DNA of 64,000 bases from an uncultured virus (IMG/VR IMGVR_UViG_3300005837_002722) (IMGVR_UViG_3300005837_002722), one strand, 5' to 3'. Shown: positions 20,984 through 31,138, counted from the first letter of the stretch. Program-made: numbers and translations. Notes: generated by a model from the sequence alone, not told the origin.

Positions 20984-21905
20984 TTTTATAATTCCTATAT
21001 GCTATCCAGTTGAGTACAAATGTAATCGTAAACAAAGTAAATGCAAGAGCAAATGCTGACAGTGTCTTAGCACTTTCAAACTCTTGATCTCCTATAAGCA
21101 ATGTAACAATCTGTACTGTAACTGTGGTTACTGCTTCTAGTGGATTTGCTGTCATATTAGCGGCCAGTCCTGCGGCCATAACTACAATCATAGTTTCTCC
21201 AATTGCACGACTTGTTGCTAGTAGAAAGCCTGCAATGATACCTGGCTTGGCGGCTGGTAATATAACATTAACAATAGTTTCTTCTCGTGTTGCACCCAGT
21301 CCTCTAGCACCGTCTCTAATACTTTCTGGTACTGCTCTGAGTACATCATCTGAAATTGAACTGATCAAGGGTATAATCATTATACCCATTACAAGTCCTG
21401 CGGCCAATGCCGATTCTGTTGCTACATCAAGTCCAAAAGTTAATCCTGCATCTCTAAGCCAAGGTCCTAGTACCAATGCCGCAAAAAATCCATACACCAC
21501 TGTAGGAATACCTGCTAGTATTTCAAGCAATGGTTTTACAAATGTACGTTGACCTGGTTTGAGATATTCTGATGTAAGAATTGCACTAAGAAGTCCTAGT
21601 GGACCTGCAATGCACAGTGCAAGAATTGTAATAAAGGCTGTACCCCAAAGCAATGGGATTATGCCAAATTCGCCCGATGATCCAACACTGTCTGCTCTAA
21701 ATGCAGTTTGTGGTGACCATGTTGTGTTAAAGAAAAAGTCTTGTGGTTGTACTAACAAAAAGAATTTGATAGTTTCATAGGACAAACTTGCTACAATAGC
21801 AAATGTAATACCTATAGTAATCCAACTACTGATTCTAAAGAAATTTTTAATAAGGTCTTCGTTGAAACCTGTTTGCCTTGTTTTAGGCCCTATCCATATA
21901 AACAT
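20958..21905 (-). CDS. pstC: phosphate ABC transporter permease
   Basis: KPLLEILAGIPTVVYGFFA, SRAIGETMIVVMAAG. Confidence 0.93.
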   Translation of the reverse strand: MFIWIGPKTRQTGFNEDLIKNFFRISSWITIGITFAIVASLSYETIKFFLLVQPQDFFFNTTWSPQTAFRADSVGSSGEFGIIPLLWGTAFITILALCIAGPLGLLSAILTSEYLKPGQRTFVKPLLEILAGIPTVVYGFFAALVLGPWLRDAGLTFGLDVATESALAAGLVMGIMIIPLISSISDDVLRAVPESIRDGARGLGATREETIVNVILPAAKPGIIAGFLLATSRAIGETMIVVMAAGLAANMTANPLEAVTTVTVQIVTLLIGDQEFESAKTLSAFALAFTLFTITFVLNWIAYRNYKNAVNRLKQ

Positions 21906-21926
21906 CTTATACCTTCTATTGCGAAA

Positions 21927-21950
21927 GAGCGGAGTTCTCCTTCTCCGCTC
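21927..21950 (-). terminator. pstS-pstC intergenic stem-loop
   Basis: GAGCGGAG-N8-CTCCGCTC perfect 8-bp stem. Confidence 0.6.
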
Positions 21951-21965
21951 CTCACATTATAGCCT

Positions 21966-22967
21966 TTAGTTTAGCACAGATGTGCGTACTTCGTCAAGTT
22001 CTTTTTGTGGTAAAGGAATAAGTCCTGCATCACCCAATGAACCATCTTGACCTGCGACATCGTCTGACAGGTATAGTTCCATGAACTCTATCATGCCGTC
22101 AATAACACCCATGTGTTCTTTTTTAGCATATACATATAAAGCACGACTGGCTGGATATGAACCGTCTGCAATTGAATCAAACGTTGGAACAACGCCACCA
22201 ATTTCAGCACCTTTGATTTGATCAGCATTTTGATCTAGGAAACTATAACCAAAAATACCAAATGCATCTGGGTTGTTAACAAGTTTCTGAATGATAAGGT
22301 TATCATTTTCGCCTGCTTCTACATACGCACCATCTTCACGGATACCATGACAGATACCTTTGTATGCTTTCTTGTCTTTCTTCTTCATGGCTTTTACCCA
22401 ATCAAAAGTTTTACAACCTTTTTCCATAACAAGTTCTACCCAAGCATCTCTTGTTCCACTTGATGGTGGAGGTCCAAGTACTTCGATTTTTTGATTTGGA
22501 AATGCTGGATTGATTTCATTCCAAGTTGAATAAGTGTTCTCTTTAAGAGTACCATCTGCTTGTGGTACATCTTTAGCAAGAGCCAAATACAATTCTAGTG
22601 GAGTTACTGCAAATGTAGCACCTTCTTTAGAATTAGCAAATACGATACCATCGTATCCTACTTTCATTTCAAGAGGAGTAATGCCATTTGCTTTACACTT
22701 CTCTACTTCACTAGATTTGATTGCACGTGAAGCGTTTGTGAAGTCAGGGTGTGATTTACCTGTGCCTGCACAGAACAACTTCATGCCACCGCCTGTACCA
22801 GTTGATTCAATAACTGGAGCAGTGTTGCCTTCTGCGGCAAATGTTTCGCCTACGATTGTTGTGAAAGGATATACTGTAGAGGAACCTACAATACGGATTT
22901 CTCGTGCTTCAGCCACAGTCGCGACTGCAAACACGGCCACGAGTGCCGCTAGGATTGATTTAACCAT
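21966..22967 (-). CDS. pstS: phosphate-binding periplasmic protein
   Basis: signal peptide; IRIVGSSTVYPF, ESTGTGGG, NASRAIK, PPPSSGTRD. Confidence 0.95.
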   Translation of the reverse strand: MVKSILAALVAVFAVATVAEAREIRIVGSSTVYPFTTIVGETFAAEGNTAPVIESTGTGGGMKLFCAGTGKSHPDFTNASRAIKSSEVEKCKANGITPLEMKVGYDGIVFANSKEGATFAVTPLELYLALAKDVPQADGTLKENTYSTWNEINPAFPNQKIEVLGPPPSSGTRDAWVELVMEKGCKTFDWVKAMKKKDKKAYKGICHGIREDGAYVEAGENDNLIIQKLVNNPDAFGIFGYSFLDQNADQIKGAEIGGVVPTFDSIADGSYPASRALYVYAKKEHMGVIDGMIEFMELYLSDDVAGQDGSLGDAGLIPLPQKELDEVRTSVLN

Positions 22968-23058
22968 TTCTTTTCTCCTAATTTAATGGTACTGCCCTGT
23001 TGGGCCATCATCGAAGACTGGAGATTGTCTTCAAATTTATTTATAACAAAAACATCAA

Positions 23059-23080
23059 AGTAATGTTACAGTTATGTTAA
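23059..23080 (-). promoter_or_regulatory. Pho-box-like 11-bp tandem repeat upstream of pstS
   Basis: TTAACATAACT GTAACATTACT on minus strand; TATAAATA late motif at 23038-23045. Confidence 0.55.
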
Positions 23081-23352
23081 AATTGCATTAGTGGATTGTT
23101 GCTCTATATCGCTCCACAGAAAGTTTTGCGATTTCGTAATTTTCNNNNNNNNNNNNNNNNNNNNNNNNNNNNNNNNNNNNNNNNNNNNNNNNNNNNNNNN
23201 NNNNNNNNNNNNNNNNNNNNNNNNNNNNNNNNNNNNNNNNNNNNNNNNNNNNNNNNNNNNNNNNNNNNNNNNNNNNNNNNNNNNNNNNNNNNNNNNNNNN
23301 NNNNNNNNNNNNNNNNNNNNNNNNNNNNNNNNNNNNNNNNNNNNNNNNNNNN

Positions 23353-23993
23353 CCCCAATTGGTTAGCATGTTTTGTATATCTTCATTAAATGGCATACTT
23401 CCACACACCATTATCTTATCTTTGGCAGGCAAGATGTCTTGTTGTTGGTCTGCCATTTGTACTGTAATACGTTTATTCATACCTTGCCATCCACTGTCTC
23501 TAGTTACAGTAGGTGTATACAAGATGTCTTGGTCTTTAAGAAATTGATGATATGCTTCTAGTTCTTTTGGATATCTTACACTCCATATAACACGAATACT
23601 ATCAAAGGCATCGTATGTATAAGGGTCTCTAAGAAGCGATATAAAAGGTGCTATGCCTGTACCTGTAGCAAGTAACCATAAGTTACCACCTAGATCTAGA
23701 TTGGCAAGTGTTAGTGTACCTGTTGGCTTTGTACCAATTTCAATTTCATCTCCGATCGCTATATTCTGCAATCTACTTGTTAGTGGTCCATCTGGCACTT
23801 TGATCGAATAAAATTCTAAGTACTCGTCATAAGGTCCACTTGTAATGCTATAGGCTCTACTAATATCATTGTCGCCCATGCCTACCATTATAAATTCACC
23901 TGCCGTAAATCTAAATGTACTTGGTCTCTCTGTTTTAAAACGAAACAGAGTGTTTGTGTAATGTTCTATTTCTGTGACTTTAACAAATTCCAC
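23353..23993 (-). CDS. fpr: ferredoxin/flavodoxin-NADP+ reductase (3' end in N-gap)
   Basis: RAYSITS, EFYSIKVPDGPLTSRL, KPTGTL, LATGTGIAPF, MVCGS. Confidence 0.9.
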
Positions 23994-24165
23994 GCTTCTT
24001 CAAATCCTTCCTCATAGTCTGCTATAGGTGCACCATTGCACCCGTCTATCCAAATACGTTTAAAGTAACCGTCCTTGGAAGACAATGCAGTGTCGTCAGA
24101 TGTATTTAGATGTCCTTTGACTATCCAAAATAATCTATATGCTTCTTTCAATTCATCTTCTGTTG

Positions 24166-24792
24166 TCAACGTACATATCTTATTGCTATGCCAAGTTTCT
24201 TTCCATGAAACTGACTGGTAGTGTGTATTAGTTGATTATTGAATAGTATCATATTGCCTGGAACAAAGGAATATACTTCACCTGTAGTAAGTCCATACCA
24301 TTGTTCTTTGGGTCTGTAGTTTAGATACTTTTCATAAATTTTATCGTCAATTGGTCCATTGATTTTTCCTTGTACGTCTGGATCATCATATGGACGCATT
24401 TCTTTTGCAGTGTTGTGTTCAAAGGTAAGTCCTTTAACATCCAAGCACCACGTTACATGTTGTTTAGGATACCATTGATCAAAAACAACTAGGTTAGGTC
24501 GTAGTGTTCCTTCAAAACGCAAAGGAATAACCACGTTAACACTTTCGCCCCAATCCTCTCTAAAGTCAGTATGAGGTAGATAAGGTCTTTCATGTTGATA
24601 GTAGTTACCACTACCATACTTCCATTCTGGGCCAATAAATTTTTGTACTATAGGAGTAATAAGATCTTGAGCACCATCTGGTGATGCTTTTTGCATATCA
24701 TCTGTATCGTAATCACTTCTACTATCATAGTCAGCAATCAATTGATCGACTAACTCTTGCGGAACTGTATTTTCAACATATTTTCTATACAT
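24166..24792 (-). CDS. putative 2OG-Fe(II) oxygenase
   Basis: PHTD (HxD) ... GNMILFN..LIHTT...K. Confidence 0.55.
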   Translation of the reverse strand: MYRKYVENTVPQELVDQLIADYDSRSDYDTDDMQKASPDGAQDLITPIVQKFIGPEWKYGSGNYYQHERPYLPHTDFREDWGESVNVVIPLRFEGTLRPNLVVFDQWYPKQHVTWCLDVKGLTFEHNTAKEMRPYDDPDVQGKINGPIDDKIYEKYLNYRPKEQWYGLTTGEVYSFVPGNMILFNNQLIHTTSQFHGKKLGIAIRYVR

Positions 24793-25804
24793 TATATAAC
24801 CACGGATATAACTGTCTGCCCCAACCTGGTGTTCCCCAACGTTTATCCCAACGTTCGCTCCAAGTTCTTAACATTGCCAAACTAGTTTCATCGCCCTTCA
24901 TTGTATTTAATCCAGGAGTACCTGCAGGTATTGCAAGAAGTCCTTCAGGTACCATTTTTAAATTTGCCCACATAGGATACACAATAGTCTGTGCATGTAT
25001 ATTATTGCTACCAAATATTTGTATTGCTTCTTCCCAATCTTCTATAGTCCACGGTGTCATTGACCAAGCAATGCTTACATCATAGTTCATGTTGTAGTAT
25101 TCGTATCGTTTAATCATTCGGTCAAAGTCTGCATTTCTGCGAAACCAATCGTATCTAGAATCTAAGCCATCTACTGAGATATCAATACGAATATTTTTAT
25201 ACCCTTCCCAAAGATGTTCCCAAGGTTTGCTAAGACCATTTGTGATGTAACGTAGTTCTAAGTGACTTCTATCTAAATCTTTAATGCCGTCAAGTATTTT
25301 CCAATGATGCATATCATGCCAAGGTTCACCACCTGTAAACTTGATCCATTCAAGTTGTGGTAATACTTCTCTTAGATCTTTTATGATTGGTCCTACATCT
25401 TTTACTGCACGAATAACACCTGAACCACCATTATTGTATTTGTTGTGTTGACTGCTAAGGCTTGGTCCGCAATGGGCACATGCTAGTTGACATATGTTTG
25501 AAAGTTTAAACTGTACTGCTTTTAGTTCGCCTGGGTCACCTAGTATTGGTTGTCCGGTACGCAGACTTGGTTCACCTGCATTTTCTAGTTCTCTACAACG
25601 TGAACAAAAAGGTTCTGTTAGTTCTGAATATCCATGTTCTTTAAGATTGTATCGTAGGTGTTCAAGTCTTTTTGATTCCCATGCTCGCAACATACCATTT
25701 TTGATAGGTTCAAGTCTTGCACTTTCTCTTGGTTCAGCACAACATGGTCTGGTGTATCCATCTGTTTCGACTACTAGTATGTTGTCGGCCCAGCCACATC
25801 TCAT
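24785..25804 (-). CDS. radical SAM protein with N-terminal twitch/SPASM-like Cys cluster
   Basis: CQLACAHC, FTGGEP, YITNG, ISVDG; N-terminal C...PCC...CSRC. Confidence 0.88.
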   Translation of the reverse strand: MRCGWADNILVVETDGYTRPCCAEPRESARLEPIKNGMLRAWESKRLEHLRYNLKEHGYSELTEPFCSRCRELENAGEPSLRTGQPILGDPGELKAVQFKLSNICQLACAHCGPSLSSQHNKYNNGGSGVIRAVKDVGPIIKDLREVLPQLEWIKFTGGEPWHDMHHWKILDGIKDLDRSHLELRYITNGLSKPWEHLWEGYKNIRIDISVDGLDSRYDWFRRNADFDRMIKRYEYYNMNYDVSIAWSMTPWTIEDWEEAIQIFGSNNIHAQTIVYPMWANLKMVPEGLLAIPAGTPGLNTMKGDETSLAMLRTWSERWDKRWGTPGWGRQLYPWLYNV

Positions 25805-26199
25805 AGCATATGAACCTTTTGTCTGATAGTTTCTATCAAGTTTCCTAAACCATTTCTGCGTTGTGGTGTTAATAGTTGTTGAATACCAAGTTGTTCAAAA
25901 TCTTCAAATGTAATTTGTTTTGCTTCTGCAACAGGTATATCTGAAAAACAATCTGCAACAATTGATGTAATGCCTTTTGTAATCATAGCATCACTGTCGT
26001 AGTATACTTTTACATTGTCTTCTACTACACCAACATCAACCCATATCTTGGATATACAACCACCTATGAGTCTATCGTCTGTTCTTAGTTCTGTAGGAAG
26101 TGTTGTTGATTTCTTTGCTAGGTCAACAAGATATGACAGTCGTTCTGTACTGTCATCAAATAGATTTAAATTTTCTGCCCACTCACTCAGTTTTGTCAT
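25801..26199 (-). CDS. sufE: SufE family sulfur acceptor
   Basis: IGGCISKIW, DSDAMITKG, LLTPQRRNGL. Confidence 0.88.
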   Translation of the reverse strand: MTKLSEWAENLNLFDDSTERLSYLVDLAKKSTTLPTELRTDDRLIGGCISKIWVDVGVVEDNVKVYYDSDAMITKGITSIVADCFSDIPVAEAKQITFEDFEQLGIQQLLTPQRRNGLGNLIETIRQKVHML

Positions 26200-26611
26200 T
26201 TTTTAATTCTGCTTTGATTACTTGATTTAATATAGTTGTCCATGGATTGAAGTTTAAATCTTTAGCGGCACAACCTGATAAAAGCAATAGAACTATCAAG
26301 TATCTTAGCATTCTACTCCTGCCATTAAATCGTCAAACTCCCAAATAACTTTATTACTAGCACCACCAAATGAACCAATACCTACACCTTTAATAACAGG
26401 CTCTTCTTTGCCCATGTAGGTTATATTAGGTCCAAACCTTTCTGCATCGTCCATTCTAGCCATCTTATGAAGATGCTCTGGTTTCATTCCGTGTCGTTCA
26501 GTCATATCATACATTTCAATATCTGGCATGTATTTAATCTTTACCAGCATTGCTTCTTCTTCAGACATGACCACACAATCGTTTTTACCATTGATAGTTA
26601 CTGAATATACT

Positions 26612-26839
26612 TTAGGTTTGCTCATTCCATTTTTTCCACAACTTGTGTAAGATATAAAACCATACACCATTAATACTAGGTTCAATAAGTGCTACTGCAC
26701 CTGATTCCCATAAACTTGCTCCAGTCATTAATCTTACTACAGTCATTGCAATTATAATATGACCAAGAGTGTAAATCAATGCAAGTGTAAAACTTTCGTT
26801 TTTAAATATTGTCCATATGCCTTTTGTAAATTCGCTCAT
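26612..26839 (-). CDS. DUF2061-like membrane protein
   Basis: IYTLGHIIIAM...ALIEPSINGVWFYILHKLW. Confidence 0.65.
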   Translation of the reverse strand: MSEFTKGIWTIFKNESFTLALIYTLGHIIIAMTVVRLMTGASLWESGAVALIEPSINGVWFYILHKLWKKWNEQT

Positions 26840-26842
26840 TGT

Positions 26843-27292
26843 TTAACTCATTTTATCTATACGTTTCTGGTGTCTACCACCCTCAAATTTGGTACTCAAA
26901 AACTTGTTAACAATTTTAAGTGCATCTTTAGTAGATGTAAAATCTGCACCTAAACACAATACGTTCGCATCATTATGTAGTCTTGCCATTTCTGCTTCTT
27001 TAGGCGTACGAACTGTTACTGCACGAATATGAGGATATCTATTGGCCGCTATTGCTACACCAAAGCCTGATCCACATACTAAAATCCCTCTATTAAAAAT
27101 TGACTTCATTTCTAAAGCCAAACTCTTTACTACATCTGGATAATCAACACTAGTCTCTGGATCATAACATCCACAGTCTAAAAATGTTGTAATGTCTTTT
27201 TCTATGTCCTTGTCAATAGGAACAAGATGTTTTTCTATTTCTGCTTTAAGTTTATATCCTCTATGATCAGAACCTACTACTAAATCTGTCAT
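26843..27292 (-). CDS. rpiB: ribose-5-phosphate isomerase B
   Basis: GSDHRG, VDYPD, CGSGFG..IAANR, ARLHNDANVLCLG, FEGGRHQKR. Confidence 0.92.
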   Translation of the reverse strand: MTDLVVGSDHRGYKLKAEIEKHLVPIDKDIEKDITTFLDCGCYDPETSVDYPDVVKSLALEMKSIFNRGILVCGSGFGVAIAANRYPHIRAVTVRTPKEAEMARLHNDANVLCLGADFTSTKDALKIVNKFLSTKFEGGRHQKRIDKMS

Positions 27293-27801
27293 TTACACTC
27301 CTTCCAAAGTGATGCCATAGGCATACTAATATCACCATTTCTAACATATGCTAGATCTATAATAGTGCTAACGCCTAATGCTTTGGCGCCTGTTTTTTCG
27401 ATAAGTGTTTTTGTTGCTTCAACACTACCACCTGTTGCAACTAGATCATCTACAATAATACAACGGTCTGTATGGCCTAATAAACCCGTTTGTAGCGTCA
27501 GTGTTGCTTCTCCGTATTCTAATGTGTAACTTTGTTCCAGCAGTTCTCCAGGATGCTTTGCACCCTTCTTACGAATCATTACAAAAGGCAAACCAAATGA
27601 ATTTGCCATTGCTGAACCTACAACAAATCCTCTACTTTCAATACCAACAATATGTGTTGGTGTATCAAACATCTGTTGTGTTTCTTGTACTAGATCATAA
27701 ATTGCATCATTAAACTTTGGTCCTGCAAACAGACTATTTAGATCATAAAAGTTAATACCTTTAACTGGATAGTCTGGAATCGTTCTTATAAATTCTTTCA
27801 T
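27289..27801 (-). CDS. apt: adenine phosphoribosyltransferase
   Basis: IRTIPDYPVKGINFYD, GIESRGF, YTLEYG, IVDDLVATGGS. Confidence 0.92.
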   Translation of the reverse strand: MKEFIRTIPDYPVKGINFYDLNSLFAGPKFNDAIYDLVQETQQMFDTPTHIVGIESRGFVVGSAMANSFGLPFVMIRKKGAKHPGELLEQSYTLEYGEATLTLQTGLLGHTDRCIIVDDLVATGGSVEATKTLIEKTGAKALGVSTIIDLAYVRNGDISMPMASLWKECK

Positions 27802-28352
27802 GCTACTCTCGCTATCTGCTGGAAATCTTTAAATCCTGCTTGTACATTGGCCGCCCAATCTTTACCTGCATCAACATCAGCATGATCGCTAATGTATTTG
27901 AAACAACGGAATTGAATACCAAATTGTCTACAAACATATCCTAGTGCCCATGCCTCCATATCAACAATGTCAATACTTGCATATTCAAACCAAGGATCAG
28001 TTTCTGTTACAAAACTATCACCAGTACCACACGTTACCATTTTCTTATTTGCAGTTTCTAATACAATTGCACCTGCATGTTCATTTTCTGCATACGGAAT
28101 AATACCACGTGGTGCAAGAGGTTCTGTAATCATATCTCTTTGTAGTATCACATCAACTTCAACTAGTCCGCTATGTTTACCACTAACAGAACCTGCAGTT
28201 CCATAGTTCCAAACTTCAATTGGTCTCATTTGATGAATAGCACGTTGTAAAGCAAAGGCGGCTTGCACTTTGCCTACGCCTGTGTAAACTACATGGTAGC
28301 CTTTTACTTCTTCTGGTAGTTCTTCTTTTACCGCAACACATAATAGTTTCAA
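27798..28352 (-). CDS. MTA/SAH nucleosidase-like (PNP/MTAN family)
   Basis: GVGKVQAA, NYGTAGS, TGDSFV, VDMEA, KYISDHAD. Confidence 0.85.
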   Translation of the reverse strand: MKLLCVAVKEELPEEVKGYHVVYTGVGKVQAAFALQRAIHQMRPIEVWNYGTAGSVSGKHSGLVEVDVILQRDMITEPLAPRGIIPYAENEHAGAIVLETANKKMVTCGTGDSFVTETDPWFEYASIDIVDMEAWALGYVCRQFGIQFRCFKYISDHADVDAGKDWAANVQAGFKDFQQIARVA

Positions 28353-28749
28353 TTGTCTAGTCTTTCACTTCTTCAGTTTGAGTTTTCTTTTTGCGACCAC
28401 GTTGCCAAACATTTTGTACAACTTCTGATCTTGCATTAGGCGGGCATATAGTAATTTTATTGCCTTTTGCTAACCATTCTTCGATTGCTTTTTTATCTTC
28501 TTCTGTAGTGTATTCTCTAGCCATTTTCGCTCCTATTATTTAACACCTTCTTATAAATTCTCATTTCACCATTTGTACATTGCAGACCATACCTGTGTAC
28601 ATTGTTTGGATGTAGTAATACCTGCACATTATTCTTTTCTGCTTTTACAATAGTATGACTCATTTTCTCTGTCATGTATATGACCTTTTCGACACATGGT
28701 GTCCATGCCATTGTTTTTGCTAGTATTAATGTACCTGCTAGTATTTCTG

Positions 28750-29214
28750 TCATCCTCTCCTCATAGTTGCAATTTCAGTTGCTTGTTTAGAACCTGTCTT
28801 ATCGTCATCATCTGCAAAGATAGGAACCATATTGCTTTTGTGCATTGTAGCAATACCAACCAGTCTACGTTCACCTGTGTACTGCAACGGTTGTTTTTTA
28901 GTTGCTGGTGCGAAACTGTGTTCGCTATTGTGACTGGGCACATGCTCAGTTTCACGTCGATATGTACTATCTGTGTGACTCCAAGTTTTTTGTACTGCTC
29001 TAGATTCTGACTTTGGCTTGTAGTTGCCGTGACAGTAATCAATATATTCTTTTAGGTTCATAATAAGGTTTTCGCACTTTAGTCGCTTCATTTCCTTATT
29101 GTGTTTTCGCATGCCTTCTTCGTATTTGGCAATTTTACCAAGAGTCATTTTATGCTTCTTCTTGGATTTCTTTGTGTTCAACGTGGTCATGCCACGTACC
29201 AAATGCATAGTCAT
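28750..29214 (-). CDS. phage hypothetical protein
   Basis: GIATMHKSNMVPIF; downstream of TTGACT-17-TATACT promoter. Confidence 0.65.
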   Translation of the reverse strand: MTMHLVRGMTTLNTKKSKKKHKMTLGKIAKYEEGMRKHNKEMKRLKCENLIMNLKEYIDYCHGNYKPKSESRAVQKTWSHTDSTYRRETEHVPSHNSEHSFAPATKKQPLQYTGERRLVGIATMHKSNMVPIFADDDDKTGSKQATEIATMRRG

Positions 29215-29289
29215 AATAAAACCCTGTCCACTTTTTCAGTTAATTACTAAAGAGTATAACAGGGTTTTACCAAGAAGTCAAGTAAAAAA

Positions 29290-29721
29290 TTAGGTTTGTT
29301 CTGGTTCTGAACCTGCAGGTAGTCCATTATATGGGTCTGCGGCTTGTGGCTCTTCAGGTGTCCACTCACTATCCATAGCCGCCTGCTCTTCCATAAGCAT
29401 TTGATCTGCTGGATAATAAGGAGCATAATCTTCTGGCATAGCACAATCGTAATTACACTGGTCTTCTGGGATATATGCCCAAGTCATTGTTGCGTCATTC
29501 ATTTCTGATGCGGCAATTGCGGCTTTGAGTTCTTCCATTAGATCTCTTGCGTTCTTACGTCTGTCTAGTTCGATGCCGTATGCTCTGCCTTCTTGCTCTA
29601 GCATCATTTTAACTTCTTGTTCCATTTGGTTGGCGTTTCTCTGCATGTCTTCTAACATGTACACCATTGATTCTGAGTGATGGTACATTTTTGCTCTCCC
29701 TGCTCTGTTTGCATAATGCAC
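29290..29721 (-). CDS. hypothetical protein containing GIELD.RK motif
   Basis: shares motif with 14309-14518. Confidence 0.5.
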   Translation of the reverse strand: MHYANRAGRAKMYHHSESMVYMLEDMQRNANQMEQEVKMMLEQEGRAYGIELDRRKNARDLMEELKAAIAASEMNDATMTWAYIPEDQCNYDCAMPEDYAPYYPADQMLMEEQAAMDSEWTPEEPQAADPYNGLPAGSEPEQT

Positions 29722-29811
29722 TTGTATTTAATGGATTCAACGGATATACCCAGTCTAAGACAAAAAAAGTGTCAGTAATAATATTACAACTTTATATTTT
29801 GGATGAGGTCA

Positions 29812-29819
29812 TATAAATA
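29812..29819 (+). promoter_or_regulatory. T4-type late promoter motif TATAAATA
   Basis: exact T4 late consensus; TAAATA variants recur before many genes. Confidence 0.55.
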
Positions 29820-29877
29820 GTTATGTAGGCAGAGTAAAGACCCGGCTTGAGCACCGGGCCAAAACGGAGTAGGAGCC

Positions 29878-30348
29878 ATCGATCCAATAAGCGCCATCGC
29901 AACCGCGACAGCGGCTTTTAACGTAATCAAAAAAGGTTTTGAAGTAGGCAGAGATTTAGAAACTATGTCTGGAGACCTTAGTCGTTGGATGGGAGCAGTC
30001 AGCGACATCAAGAAGGCTGAAGAATATAACAAGAAGCCTCCATTGTTTAAGAAATTGTTTGCGGCAGGCAGTATAGAAGAAGAGGCAATGGCCATCTTTA
30101 CTGCTAAGAAAAAAGCCGAGGATATGCGAGCAGAATTAAAAAATATAATCTCGTTTACTCGAGGACCAAGTGCTTGGGAAGAACTTCTTAAGATCGAAGG
30201 TGATATCAGAAAGAAAAGACAAAAAGCGATCTACGATCAGCAAGAAAGGCGCCGTGCAGTCATTGAATGGACCTTAGGCACCTTACTAATAGTTGGAATG
30301 TTAGGGGCGTTTGTTTTCGTTATCTACCTGATCAAAATTAATCAGTAG
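29878..30348 (+). CDS. hypothetical protein with C-terminal TM; probable ATC start
   Basis: (I)DPISAIATATAAFNVIKKGFEVGRDLETMSGDLSRW...; GGAG SD 8 nt before ATC; in-frame TGA at 29848-29850. Confidence 0.6.
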   Translation: MDPISAIATATAAFNVIKKGFEVGRDLETMSGDLSRWMGAVSDIKKAEEYNKKPPLFKKLFAAGSIEEEAMAIFTAKKKAEDMRAELKNIISFTRGPSAWEELLKIEGDIRKKRQKAIYDQQERRRAVIEWTLGTLLIVGMLGAFVFVIYLIKINQ

Positions 30349-30562
30349 TGTTAGTAAACATAAAACCAACACCGCCAGCAATCATAAGTGCAAGACCCAT
30401 TGCCGCATAAGCAACCATTTCACCAATAGTATTTGCATTCTCCATGCACTTACCATCACAGTCTCCAGCACTTCCTGCCATCATCATAAGTCCTACGAAC
30501 ATGATGAAACCAAACGTAATATTTGCCATTGTTTTAATCATAGTGTACCTACCTTCCTTTAA

Positions 30563-30991
30563 TTAAGCCGCCAACTTGTATGGCTTGTTCCACTTACCTG
30601 CATTAATATCAATATAGTATGCAGTATCAAAATAGTCAGTCATTGCATCGCTATTGTCGTACCACATGTTACCTTTCATAGCGGCAATCAATTCTTCATA
30701 AAAGTTTGCAATATCAGTATCGCCAACTTTGTTTGCCCAATCAACACAATGGTATTGATTAACTTGTAGGTTGTCACCAACATCACCACAGTACTTCATA
30801 CCACGTTGCTCATTAACTTGATCAACATGCTTTTGAGCAGATCCAAGCAAGTCTAACTTACCTTCCTGCAAATTAACAACCAAACTGCTATGATGCTTAA
30901 CTGCAACACTACCTTTCATACCATACTTTTTCAGCACTGCTTTGATCTGCGGTGCTAACTGCTTCTTTTTTTCTTGATTCATAAACGCCAT
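30563..30991 (-). CDS. hypothetical early protein
   Basis: strong SD and early promoter cassette; DAMTDYFDTAYY motif. Confidence 0.65.
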   Translation of the reverse strand: MAFMNQEKKKQLAPQIKAVLKKYGMKGSVAVKHHSSLVVNLQEGKLDLLGSAQKHVDQVNEQRGMKYCGDVGDNLQVNQYHCVDWANKVGDTDIANFYEELIAAMKGNMWYDNSDAMTDYFDTAYYIDINAGKWNKPYKLAA

Positions 30992-31138
30992 TTTCTACTC
31001 CTTGTTTCTAACTATACATATATAATAGCATATCTACAGTATTTGTCAACCAAGAAATCATGGTTTTTTACCATAAAAAAGCCAGTAAAATCAAGGCTCT
31101 TGTAATTTTTTTTTGAAAAAGGCTAAATAACACCAACG

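Noticed and set aside
23088..23352. Fpr extended to 301 aa, and ORFs made mostly of X
   Set aside because: Artefact of the 208-nt N-gap; the last 18 residues likely belong to another gene
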